A program made the translations under genes and the position numbers. The notes beneath the pieces were generated by a model, which searched no databases, was not told the DNA's origin, and worked only from the letters and a program-made list of their open reading frames with translations. A stretch of DNA of 64,000 nucleotides from Acidobacteriota bacterium (GTDB lineage Bacteria > Acidobacteriota > Aminicenantia > Aminicenantales > Saccharicenantaceae), in contig JAKLEN010000005.1 of the NCBI GenBank assembly GCA_022711665.1, forward strand, positions 261 through 64,260, written 5' to 3'. Below, piece by piece: positions 1 through 7,091 of the stretch (position 1 is its first letter; every line of letters starts with the position of its first letter).

Positions 1-1269
1 GGTGACGAGCGGCGCCGCGGCCTCCGCCGAGAAGGCCTTGAGGACGGCCGAGCCGTTCGTCTCGTCGACGTCCGGCTTGGCCGACAGGCCCCATCGTATC
101 GACCCGCCCCGGGCCCGGGCTTCGAAGCGGGCCCGCTCGCCGGCCGGCCAGAGGAAGACGATCGAACCGTGCTCGTTGTCGACGGAGATCGGGCCCTTGA
201 GGAGCTTCGGCTCTAGGCTGACGTTGCCGTTGCGGTTGACGATGCTCGCCTCGCCGGAGAAGCCGGCCAGGGTGACGTTGTCGTAGGACGTCTGGATCGA
301 TACCAGCGGCCCTTCGATATCCCGGGCCTCGACCGCGGCGTTGTGGGCCTCGACCATGAGCTTGCCCCGGATGCCCGCCGCCTTCACCGCCTCGTAGCTG
401 GTCCGGACTTCCAGGTCGCCCCGGACGTTCTCGGCCGACACGGTCATGTTGTGGCCGAAGATCCCGGCCGGGCCGACGTCGGCGACGTGGACCTTTTCGT
501 AGGAGGCTTCGACCCGCACCGGGCCGGCGACGCGCAGGGCTTCGACGGCGCTGTTCGGACCGTACAGGTCCGCCCGGCCGCCGGCGTCCTCGACCCGGAT
601 CCGGGCGTAGCTCGTCCGAACGGTCAGGTCGCCAGTGATCGAGACGGCCCGGACGTCGCCGTTCCGGTTGACTATGCGGCAGGTGCCCTTGATGTCCCGG
701 GCCTCGACGTCCTCGTAGCTCGTCTCCAGGGCGCAGGGCCCGTCGATGCCCGAGACGAAGACCTCGCCGTGCCGGCTCGTGACGGCGGCTTCCCCGACGT
801 CCTCGATCCGCACCGTGCCGTAGCCGTTCGTGACGCGCACGGTCATAGACCGCGGCACGGTCAGGACGAAGCCGGTTTCGAAGTTCTTCCGCCGGAACTC
901 TTCCCGGTTGGTGGCCAGGCGCAGCTTGCCCGCGGCCGTATCCATGGTGTACCGGATCCGGCCCGCTATCTCCCTGGCCTCGGCCTCGTTCCGCCGCCAG
1001 ACGACCTTCTTGAAGGTCAGCTGGGCGAAGTCCTGGTCGGCGCCGCGCACCTCGACCCAGCCGTGGCCGTTCTCGACCTCGAGGACGGCCGGCAGGGGAG
1101 CGGCGATCGTCCGGGTCTCCTCGGCCGTGACCTCGCGGCCGGCCGGCCCGAAGCCCCCCTCGTCCCAGTCCCACGCCCAGTCGAAGCTCCAGTGCCCCGT
1201 CTTGACCTCGTACAGGACCAGGCCGGCGAGGATAAGGAAGATGACGAGGACGACCTCCTTAAACTTCAT
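1..1269 (-). CDS. DUF4097-like repeated beta-strand protein, a putative envelope-stress or adhesin-like protein. It is C-terminally truncated by the window edge.
   Basis: The ORF track omits it because its stop lies before position 1. Reading the minus strand from the ATG at 1269 gives MKFKEVVLVIFLILAGLVLYEV..., an uninterrupted reading frame to position 1. It has an N-terminal TM helix followed by many repeats of a ~20-aa unit (RVExxxGxVxVxxxxG...). It starts 7 nt downstream of the preceding small gene. Confidence 0.6.
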   Translation of the reverse strand, partial: MKFKEVVLVIFLILAGLVLYEVKTGHWSFDWAWDWDEGGFGPAGREVTAEETRTIAAPLPAVLEVENGHGWVEVRGADQDFAQLTFKKVVWRRNEAEAREIAGRIRYTMDTAAGKLRLATNREEFRRKNFETGFVLTVPRSMTVRVTNGYGTVRIEDVGEAAVTSRHGEVFVSGIDGPCALETSYEDVEARDIKGTCRIVNRNGDVRAVSITGDLTVRTSYARIRVEDAGGRADLYGPNSAVEALRVAGPVRVEASYEKVHVADVGPAGIFGHNMTVSAENVRGDLEVRTSYEAVKAAGIRGKLMVEAHNAAVEARDIEGPLVSIQTSYDNVTLAGFSGEASIVNRNGNVSLEPKLLKGPISVDNEHGSIVFLWPAGERARFEARARGGSIRWGLSAKPDVDETNGSAVLKAFSAEAAAPLVT

Positions 1270-1483
1270 GGGTCTTGTCCGGCCCCGGCGTCTCGGAGCG
1301 CTCGTTCCGTTCCTTGAGCCCAAGCCAAATCTTGTTGGCGCCCCAGATGATCAGGATGACCGGCCAGAACCGCCAGACCTCGTCGAAGAAGTCGATGCCG
1401 AGCTGCTGGAGCAGGAAGAGGGCGCCGACGACGATGAGGATGACGCCCCAGACGAAGGAATTGCCCTTTTTCGCGTCTGCCAT
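1259..1483 (-). CDS. small membrane protein with LiaF/PspC-like C-terminal transmembrane domain (73 aa)
   Basis: The internal ATG at 1483 is preceded by the Shine-Dalgarno sequence AAGGGAGG. The protein is MADAKKGNSFVWGVILIVVGALFLLQQLGIDFFDEVWRFWPVILIIWGANKIW... The ORF-track call 1259..2287 is a spurious N-terminal extension through the neighbouring genes. Confidence 0.6.
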   Translation of the reverse strand: MADAKKGNSFVWGVILIVVGALFLLQQLGIDFFDEVWRFWPVILIIWGANKIWLGLKERNERSETPGPDKTHEV

Positions 1484-1494
1484 GGGAACCTCCC

Positions 1495-1995
1495 TTACTT
1501 CCCGTTCCGGCCCTTCCCGGGCCGGCCGATCGAATCGGCCACGAGCTTCAAGCCGATGACGATGACCGCCACGGGCCAGAAGTCGAAGAGCCGGTCGTAG
1601 GACAGGATCTCGAGGTTGGCCAGGATGAGCACGACGCCCAGGACGATGAGGACGATGCCCCAGAAGATCGACCCGGACGACGAGACTTCCGGCAGAGCCG
1701 CGGCGGACGGACCCGCCGGCGCCTGGCCGGCCGCGGCCGCGTTGATGGCCTTGGCCGAGTGGATGTTGTCGAAGAACTGGTAGGCGATGAACCCGGCCAG
1801 GAGCAGGCCCAGGAAGGGCTGCCCGCCGCCGTCCCTCTGCATGTGAACCAGGCCGGCGAAGATGATCAGGTGGAGCAGGGCCTTGACGTACTGTCCGTTG
1901 TAGAGCGCGCCGGCCCCGAAGGGGAACATCCCCAGCAGCCCGGCCAGCCCCGGCGATTTCAGCGGCCTTTGCGGAATGACCTGTTTTTCTTCCAT
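1495..1995 (-). CDS. membrane protein with a TM2-like N-terminal region and a LiaF-like C-terminal transmembrane domain paralogous to the downstream 73-aa protein
   Basis: The 166-aa ORF has a GGAGG Shine-Dalgarno 10 nt upstream of the ATG at 1995. Its C-terminal motif FWGIVLIVLGVVLILANLEIL...DFWPVAVIVIGLKLV parallels that of the next gene. Confidence 0.65.
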   Translation of the reverse strand: MEEKQVIPQRPLKSPGLAGLLGMFPFGAGALYNGQYVKALLHLIIFAGLVHMQRDGGGQPFLGLLLAGFIAYQFFDNIHSAKAINAAAAGQAPAGPSAAALPEVSSSGSIFWGIVLIVLGVVLILANLEILSYDRLFDFWPVAVIVIGLKLVADSIGRPGKGRNGK

Positions 1996-2019
1996 GATTT
2001 TCTTTCCTCCGTGTGACGG

Positions 2020-2541
2020 TTATTTCGTCTCTTCTGCTTTCTTGTCCCCGAGCAGGCCCAGGGTATTGAACGACTTGATGACGTCCCCGGTGAACGCGCC
2101 GATCTGTCCCTTGATCGTCCCGGCGTCGGCCCAGAGCTTCTCGACGGCGCCGACGCCGCGATGGAGCCCGATGTCGAGCTTCTTCCGGACGTCCCGCCCC
2201 TCCGGGTGGAAGAGGACGAAGGTCAGGATGACGAGGAAGGCCGTCGCCGCCGCATAGACGGGCTGGAGGGAGGGCCGCGTCAGCCACTCGAGAACGGTCC
2301 GGGCGGGGCTCTTCCGGGCCCGGGCCCGATCCGGGATCTCGTAGAGCCGGGCGACGAGGGCCGGCGACGGCTCGACCTCGGGGAAAGAGGCGGCGGCCGC
2401 CAGGGCCTCCCTCATCAGGCCGGCGAATTCGGCGCAGGCCGGGCAGGCGGCCAGGTGGCCCTCCACCTCGGCCCGCTCGGCCGGGGCCAGCTCGCCCTCG
2501 AGATAGGCGGACAGGAGCTCTTCGATCCGCTCGCAGGTCAT
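2020..2541 (-). CDS. anti-sigma factor with an N-terminal zinc-finger (HC2-type) domain and one transmembrane helix
   Basis: MTCERIEELLSAYLEGELAPAERAEVEGHLAACPACAEF... has the H-x3-C-x2-C anti-sigma signature followed by a TM helix. Its start overlaps the sigma-gene stop (ATGA). The ORF-track entry 2020..2832 is over-extended upstream. Confidence 0.8.
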   Translation of the reverse strand: MTCERIEELLSAYLEGELAPAERAEVEGHLAACPACAEFAGLMREALAAAASFPEVEPSPALVARLYEIPDRARARKSPARTVLEWLTRPSLQPVYAAATAFLVILTFVLFHPEGRDVRKKLDIGLHRGVGAVEKLWADAGTIKGQIGAFTGDVIKSFNTLGLLGDKKAEETK

Positions 2542-3092
2542 GACACGCCTCCCCGGCGATCCTTGAGGGTCTGGGCCAGCTGGATCCGGGCCCGGTTGAC
2601 CCGGGACTTGACCGTTCCCAGCGGAAGCCTGAGGATCCCGGCGATCTCCTCGTAGCTCCGCCCCTGCAGGTCCCTGAGGATGAGGATCATCCGCATGTCC
2701 GCCGACAGGGCGTTCAGCCCCCCCCAGACGAGGGCCTTGGTCTCGGCGGCCTGCAGGCTCTCCTCGGGGTCGCCGCCGGCCGGCTGGGCCAGGACGCGCT
2801 CGTCGAACTCGTCGCGCTGCGTCCTCTCCCACTTGGTCCGGCGGTACTCGTCGATGAGGTGGTTCTTGGCTAGGGTCAGGAACCAGGCCGTGAAGTTCTT
2901 GCCGAAATCATACTTCGGCAGGGCGCCGTGGAGCTTGAGGAAGACCTCCTGGGTCCGGTCCTCGGCCTCCTCCCGGCTGCCGCAGAACTGATAGGCCATG
3001 TTAAAAATCCTCCTGGCGTACGCGTCCACCAGACTTTTCCAGGCCTCTTGGCTGCCTTCCAGGCAGTCCCTGATGATCGCGTCCAAGTCCAC
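2538..3092 (-). CDS. ECF (extracytoplasmic-function) sigma-70 family sigma factor
   Basis: A GTG start at 3092 is preceded by AAGGTGGA. Region 2 (FLKLHGALPKYDFGKNFTAWFLTLAKNHLIDEYRR) and region 4 (RDLQGRSYEEIAGILRLPLGTVKSRVNRAR) are both present. Confidence 0.85.
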   Translation of the reverse strand: MDLDAIIRDCLEGSQEAWKSLVDAYARRIFNMAYQFCGSREEAEDRTQEVFLKLHGALPKYDFGKNFTAWFLTLAKNHLIDEYRRTKWERTQRDEFDERVLAQPAGGDPEESLQAAETKALVWGGLNALSADMRMILILRDLQGRSYEEIAGILRLPLGTVKSRVNRARIQLAQTLKDRRGGVS

Positions 3093-3108
3093 TCAATCCA
3101 CCTTGGTT

Positions 3109-3134
3109 GACGGATGCGGATCTTTCAAGGTTCC
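3109..3134 (-). promoter_or_regulatory. candidate autoregulated ECF-type promoter (GGAACC-N17-CGTC) upstream of the minus-strand sigma gene
   Basis: The minus-strand sequence reads GGAACCttgaaagatccgcatcCGTCaa about 40 nt upstream of the GTG start. It matches the AAC...CGTC ECF promoter consensus. Confidence 0.4.
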
Positions 3135-3224
3135 ATCCCCGGACCATTTTCGCCAAAAACGGCCTATAATGGTAGGGCGAAATGTAACTTTCTCGGGGAA
3201 AAGAGGGTTTTAGGATAACGGAGC

Positions 3225-3806
3225 ATGGACGAACAAGAGCTGATCCGCCGCGTCCAGAAGGGCGATGAGTGGGCGTTCGGCCAGATCATGGCTCTGTACA
3301 AGGACAAGATCGTGAATTACCTGTACCAGTTCACGGGCGACTACCAGAAGGCCGTCGACCTGGCCCAGGAGACCTTCCTGCGGGTCTATTTCAAGGCCGA
3401 CCGGTACAAGCCGATCGCCCCCCTGTCGTCCTGGATCTACACCATCGCCTCGAACCTGGCCAAGACCGAGTGCCGCCGCTCCCGCCGCACGGCCACCGTC
3501 CCCCTCGACGACATCCCCAACAACTACTCGAGCGGCACCTATTACGAGGACCCGGCCGATCCCGGCCTGGTGCGCAACCTCCGCGAGGCCCTCGACTCCC
3601 TCCACCCCCGCTACCGCGTCCCGGTCGTCCTCAAGGACATGGAGGGCTTTTCCCAGGAGGAGATCGCCAAGATCATCAAACGTCCGGTCGGCACCGTCAA
3701 GGCCCGGATCAGCCGGGGCCGGGAGCAGCTCCGGCTCAAGCTGGAGAAGGCCCGGCACGGCGACGAGGCCCGCGCGGTCGACCGGGAAGTGAGCGAACAT
3801 GGATGA
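3225..3806 (+). CDS. ECF sigma-70 family sigma factor, a second copy divergent from the first
   Basis: The protein carries the region 2 and region 4 motifs (LAQETFLRVYFKADRY...; VLKDMEGFSQEEIAKIIKRPVGTVKARISRGR). The Shine-Dalgarno sequence is aacGGAGc. Confidence 0.85.
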   Translation: MDEQELIRRVQKGDEWAFGQIMALYKDKIVNYLYQFTGDYQKAVDLAQETFLRVYFKADRYKPIAPLSSWIYTIASNLAKTECRRSRRTATVPLDDIPNNYSSGTYYEDPADPGLVRNLREALDSLHPRYRVPVVLKDMEGFSQEEIAKIIKRPVGTVKARISRGREQLRLKLEKARHGDEARAVDREVSEHG

Positions 3807-4200
3807 GCATGAGATCCTCGGCAGACTGAACCGGGTCCAGGCCCCCGCGGGCTTCGAGGAGGCGGTGCTCGGCCGGCTGCCGGCCGCCCGCCGGGGCGAG
3901 CGGCGGCGGGCCCGCCGGGCGCGCTTCGTCGTCGGCTTCGCCGGCTCCGCGGCCCTTGTCCTGGCCGCCGTGCTCGTCTTCCGCCCGGCGGCCCCGCCCG
4001 AGCCGGACACGGTCCTGACCTACGCCGAGCGCCAGGCCCTGGCCGCCGGGGCGGGCGCGCCGTCCGTCGACCGCCGGACCGTCCCCGTCTACGAGACCAT
4101 GGATTACGCCTCCGAGCTGCAGAACGCCCGGCCGCAACCGGCGACCGTTTATATACTGGAGCAGGTTTCCGAGATCCCCGCATCGGAAATCAGTTATTAG
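3799..4200 (+). CDS. putative membrane-anchored anti-sigma factor
   Basis: It overlaps the sigma stop by 8 nt (ATGGATGA). A short cytoplasmic N-terminus is followed by a TM helix (FVVGFAGSAALVLAAVLVF) and a periplasmic tail. The call rests on position rather than a strong domain signature. Confidence 0.55.
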   Translation: MDEHEILGRLNRVQAPAGFEEAVLGRLPAARRGERRRARRARFVVGFAGSAALVLAAVLVFRPAAPPEPDTVLTYAERQALAAGAGAPSVDRRTVPVYETMDYASELQNARPQPATVYILEQVSEIPASEISY

Positions 4201-4214
4201 GAGGATCCGAAGGC

Positions 4215-5828
4215 ATGAACAAGATGCACAAGCCGGCCCTTGTCATCGCGGCCTGCCTTGCCGCCCTGGCCCCGGCGTCCGGCGCCGGGCCGGCCGCGGC
4301 CGGAGCGTCCGTCGCCGGGCCCGACATAGCCGCCGTCGCCAGGAAGGTCTATCCGTCCGTAGTCCGGGTCGAGGTCCGGAACCACACCCGCCGCGTGGCC
4401 ACGGGCGTGGCCGTCGAGAAGGGAGGGTACGTCGTCACGACGGCCCTGGTCTCGCCGCGCGACGAGAAGGTCATCATCACCACGTCGGAAGGGAAGGACT
4501 TCGACGCCGAATTCCTGGGTTTCGACACCGAGACCCGGCTGGCCCTGCTCCGGGCCAAGGGCGCGGACCTGCCCGTCCTCGCCGCCGCGAAGACCGGCGG
4601 CCTGGCCCCCGGCTCCTGGATCTGCGTTATCGGCGTCTCGCCCGAGAGGACCGCCGCAGTGACCCAGGGCATCGTCAGCTCGGTGGCCGAGGACAAGCTC
4701 CGCCTGAACGTCTGGGTGACGCCCGGCTCGAGCGGCGGCCCGGTGGTCGACGAGGATGGCCGCATGGTCGGTCTCCTGCGCGGCATCTACATGGACGAGC
4801 GGCCCATCGTCTTCCAGTTCCGCGACCGGGAGCAGGCCGCCTCGGGTGTCGTCGTCAACAGCCAGGCCCAGGCGCCCTCGTCGGGCATGGCCCTGGCCGT
4901 GCCGGTCGACGTCGTCAAGGACATCGCAGCCCAGATCAAGGACAAGGGCCGGGTCGAACGCGGCTGGCTGGGCGTGGGCATCGGCCAGGACAGGGATGGC
5001 CGGACGGTCATCACCAACGTCGATCCGGACAGCCCGGCCGATCGGGCCAAACTCCAGGAAGGCGATATCGTCCTCGAGATCGGCGGCCGGGCCGTGGCCG
5101 GCCCCGATGTCCTGGCCGCGGAGATCCGCAAACGGAAGCCGGGACAGGAGGTCGCCCTGAGCCTCGAGCGCGACGGCAAGCCCCTGGAAGTCAAGGCCAA
5201 GCTGGGCGAAATGGCCGAGGACGAGGCCATGAAGGAGATGATAGCCCGCTTCCCCGGGCTGTTCGCTCCCGGACCGGAGACGATGTTCAAGACCCGGCCG
5301 GGCGCGCCGCCGGCGGCTCCGAAAGATGAGGCGCCCGGGGCCCGGACCCCGCAGGCCCCCGGCTGGACCTACGAGACGCGCCGGTTCATAGGCCTCTGGG
5401 GCAGCGATCTCACGCCCGAGCTGGCCGCCCATTTCGGGGTCAAGGACGGCCCGGCCGTGGTCATCTCCAAGCTGACAGAGGACGGCCCGGCGGCCCGGGC
5501 CAAGCTCCGGGTCGGGGACGTCATCGTCAGCGCCGACGGCAAGAGGATCAAGTCCGGCGACGAGCTCATCGACCTCGTCCAGTCCAAGGCCAAAGGCGAG
5601 ACGATCAAGCTTGAGGTGCTGCGCGACAAGAAGACGATGACCGTCGCCGTCGAGGTCGCCGAGGCCAAGAGCGGCGACCCGGCCGTTCCCGACGGCCTCC
5701 AGGAGTTTCTGGAATCCTGGCAGGGCTACACCGACGCGCTGCGGCGGGAGCTGCAGACCTTGACCGGCGACAAGGTTCCGGTCCTGCGGCGGGGCCCGGC
5801 CTTCAAGGGCAACCAGAGACGGATCTGA
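4215..5828 (+). CDS. HtrA/DegP-family periplasmic serine protease with two PDZ domains
   Basis: A signal peptide is followed by a trypsin-like domain (GSSGGPVVDEDGRMVGL) and two PDZ-like segments. GGAGG lies 9 nt before the ATG. This gives the classic sigmaE-RseA-DegP arrangement. Confidence 0.85.
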   Translation: MNKMHKPALVIAACLAALAPASGAGPAAAGASVAGPDIAAVARKVYPSVVRVEVRNHTRRVATGVAVEKGGYVVTTALVSPRDEKVIITTSEGKDFDAEFLGFDTETRLALLRAKGADLPVLAAAKTGGLAPGSWICVIGVSPERTAAVTQGIVSSVAEDKLRLNVWVTPGSSGGPVVDEDGRMVGLLRGIYMDERPIVFQFRDREQAASGVVVNSQAQAPSSGMALAVPVDVVKDIAAQIKDKGRVERGWLGVGIGQDRDGRTVITNVDPDSPADRAKLQEGDIVLEIGGRAVAGPDVLAAEIRKRKPGQEVALSLERDGKPLEVKAKLGEMAEDEAMKEMIARFPGLFAPGPETMFKTRPGAPPAAPKDEAPGARTPQAPGWTYETRRFIGLWGSDLTPELAAHFGVKDGPAVVISKLTEDGPAARAKLRVGDVIVSADGKRIKSGDELIDLVQSKAKGETIKLEVLRDKKTMTVAVEVAEAKSGDPAVPDGLQEFLESWQGYTDALRRELQTLTGDKVPVLRRGPAFKGNQRRI

Positions 5829-5854
5829 GAGACCTGCTCCGGTCTCATCGTTCG

Positions 5855-5896
5855 CGGGGGGATTGCCCCTCCAGGGGTTCGTCCCCCCTTTTTTAT
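5855..5896 (+). terminator. Rho-independent terminator of the htrA-like gene
   Basis: The stem GGGGGGA...TCCCCCC encloses a sub-hairpin and is followed by TTTTTTAT. Confidence 0.6.
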
Positions 5897-5898
5897 CG

Positions 5899-6203
5899 GC
5901 TCTTCTCCCGATTCCGGGAGGATTCCTCTCTTCGGCTTGGCTCCGTGCCGGCGCGGAGCGTACTCTGGGGAGCGGAGGTCAGAATCATGGCCGAGCACTC
6001 GAGGCCGGGATTCTGAGAGAATCTTTAAGATAGCTCTTTCTCCCGATATCTCCCAGAAGCATGGCTCCGAGCCGCTCCGCCATGCTTCTGATGGTCGCTT
6101 CGATGACTCCGCTCCCTGCCGGTCCCCCTCTCCAGCAACGGGGATCATCGAGGCAACGCACATCGCCGCCGCGAGAGGGACTTCCCGGAATCGGGAGAAG
6201 AAC
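5899..6203. mobile_element. MITE-like structured repeat, copy 1 (a non-coding element of ~305 bp with terminal inverted repeats)
   Basis: The left end is CTCTTCTCCCGATTCCGGGA and the right end is TCCCGGAATCGGGAGAAGAACC. The copy is about 85-90% identical to the copies at 11135-11412 and 56610-56935. It lies between flanking TTTTTAT-like sequences and contains the conserved hairpin CAGAAGCATGG...CCATGCTTCTG. Confidence 0.7.
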
Positions 6204-6207
6204 CTTT

Positions 6208-6789
6208 TTAATCCCCGGCGTTCAACCAGAGATTCCTGAGCCTCTCGATCTCCGCGGCCGGGAGCCGGGACTCGTATCCCCGGGCCGCCCTCTGCCGCAG
6301 GGCCTCGTAGAGGATGACGGCGACCGAGACCGAGAGGTTGAGGCTCTGGACCATGCCGAACATGGGGATGCGGACGTTCCGGTCGGCGAAGGCCTGGCAC
6401 TCCTCGCTGATGCCCTCCGCTTCGCTGCCGAAGACCAGAGCCGTCGGCCGGGCGAAGTCGACCTCGGAGTAGGGAACGGCGTCGCGGACGAGATGGGTGG
6501 CCACGATCTCGTAGCCGGCCCTCTTCAAGGGTTCGAGGCAGGCCGCCGGCGTCGGGGAGACGCCGATCTCCAGCCACTTGTCGGCCCGGGTCGAGATGGC
6601 CTTGTTGGGCCGCAGGAGCTCGGGGTTGGGGCCGATGAGGTCCAGAAAGAGGACGCCGGCCGCGTCGCAGGTGCGCATGACGGCGCTGGCGTTGTGGGCG
6701 TTGGTCAGGCCTTCGAGGACGACCCGCAGATCGGCCTGGCGGCCGGCCAGGACCCTCTCGACCTTGGCGATACGCTCCGGCGTGGGCAT
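6208..6789 (-). CDS. SpoU/TrmH-family RNA 2'-O-methyltransferase
   Basis: The SPOUT motifs are present (LVFGSEAEGIS...; GMVQSLNLSVSVAVILYE). Confidence 0.8.
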   Translation of the reverse strand: MPTPERIAKVERVLAGRQADLRVVLEGLTNAHNASAVMRTCDAAGVLFLDLIGPNPELLRPNKAISTRADKWLEIGVSPTPAACLEPLKRAGYEIVATHLVRDAVPYSEVDFARPTALVFGSEAEGISEECQAFADRNVRIPMFGMVQSLNLSVSVAVILYEALRQRAARGYESRLPAAEIERLRNLWLNAGD

Positions 6790-6795
6790 AGGCGG

Positions 6796-6806
6796 ACTAT
6801 ATCACA
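6796..6806 (-). promoter_or_regulatory. extended -10 element (TGATATAGT) 6 nt upstream of the SpoU start codon, a candidate leaderless promoter
   Basis: The minus strand reads tgTGaTATAGTccgcctATG. Confidence 0.35.
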
Positions 6807-6846
6807 GGGGGATCGGGGAGGCGAAGAGGAATCGAACGCGTCATCC

Positions 6847-6875
6847 TTGAATTAAACCGCGGTTTTTTCTATAGT
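6847..6875 (+). promoter_or_regulatory. sigma70-type promoter of tRNA-Leu (TTGAAT-N17-TATAGT)
   Basis: Both hexamers are near-consensus with a 17-nt spacer. The -10 ends 11 nt before the tRNA 5' end. Confidence 0.6.
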
Positions 6876-6886
6876 TATCGAGCCGT

Positions 6887-6975
6887 GCCGGTGTGGCGGA
6901 ACTGGCAGACGCGCGGGACTCAAAATCCTGTGCCCAGAAATGGGTGTGTGGGTTCGATTCCCTCCACCGGCACCA
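6887..6975 (+). tRNA. tRNA-Leu with anticodon CAA
   Basis: GCCGGTG...CACCGGC forms a 7-bp acceptor stem, followed by the discriminator A and an encoded CCA. The anticodon loop is CUCAAAA. A long variable arm is present, as is the T-arm GGTTCGATTCC. Confidence 0.85.
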
Positions 6976-7091
6976 CCAGAGGTCGGGGATTAGGCTGCGC
7001 CTTTCGAGGCTTGGGGGGCCGGGGCCCGGAGCGCGGCGAACGGAGACAACGTTCGCGGGCCTTCGCGCGTCATAACCAAGAAGGACAATCA

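Noticed and set aside
343-1600. Plus-strand ORFs 343..1317 (324 aa), 830..1600 (256 aa), 2..286 and 1275..1559
   Set aside because: They are antisense to the minus-strand DUF4097 and small-membrane-protein genes. Those genes have Shine-Dalgarno sequences, tight operon spacing and a repeat structure. The plus-strand translations are low-complexity and Arg/Gly/Pro/Asp-rich, as expected for shadow ORFs in 70% GC DNA.
1259-2287. ORF-track entry 1259..2287 (342 aa) and the 2020..2832 extension
   Set aside because: These are artificial long ORFs created by choosing the most upstream alternative start. Internal starts with clear Shine-Dalgarno sequences (1483, 1995, 2541) split them into the real genes.
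3210-4183. Minus-strand ORFs 3210..4010, 3611..4183 and 3736..4137, and the plus-strand ORF 3269..3829
   Set aside because: They overlap the ECF sigma and anti-sigma genes in other frames or on the opposite strand. The translations are Arg/Pro/Gly-rich with no domain features.
4197-5668. Minus-strand ORFs 4197..5432 (411 aa), 4349..4786, 4787..5290 and 5369..5668
   Set aside because: They are antisense to the well-supported HtrA protease gene.
5726-6855. ORFs 5726..6577 (-), 5937..6239 (+) and 6061..6855 (+) running through repeat copy 1
   Set aside because: They start or end inside the MITE-like repeat. The corresponding peptides are not frame-conserved among the three repeat copies. The 6061..6855 ORF is antisense to the SpoU methyltransferase gene.
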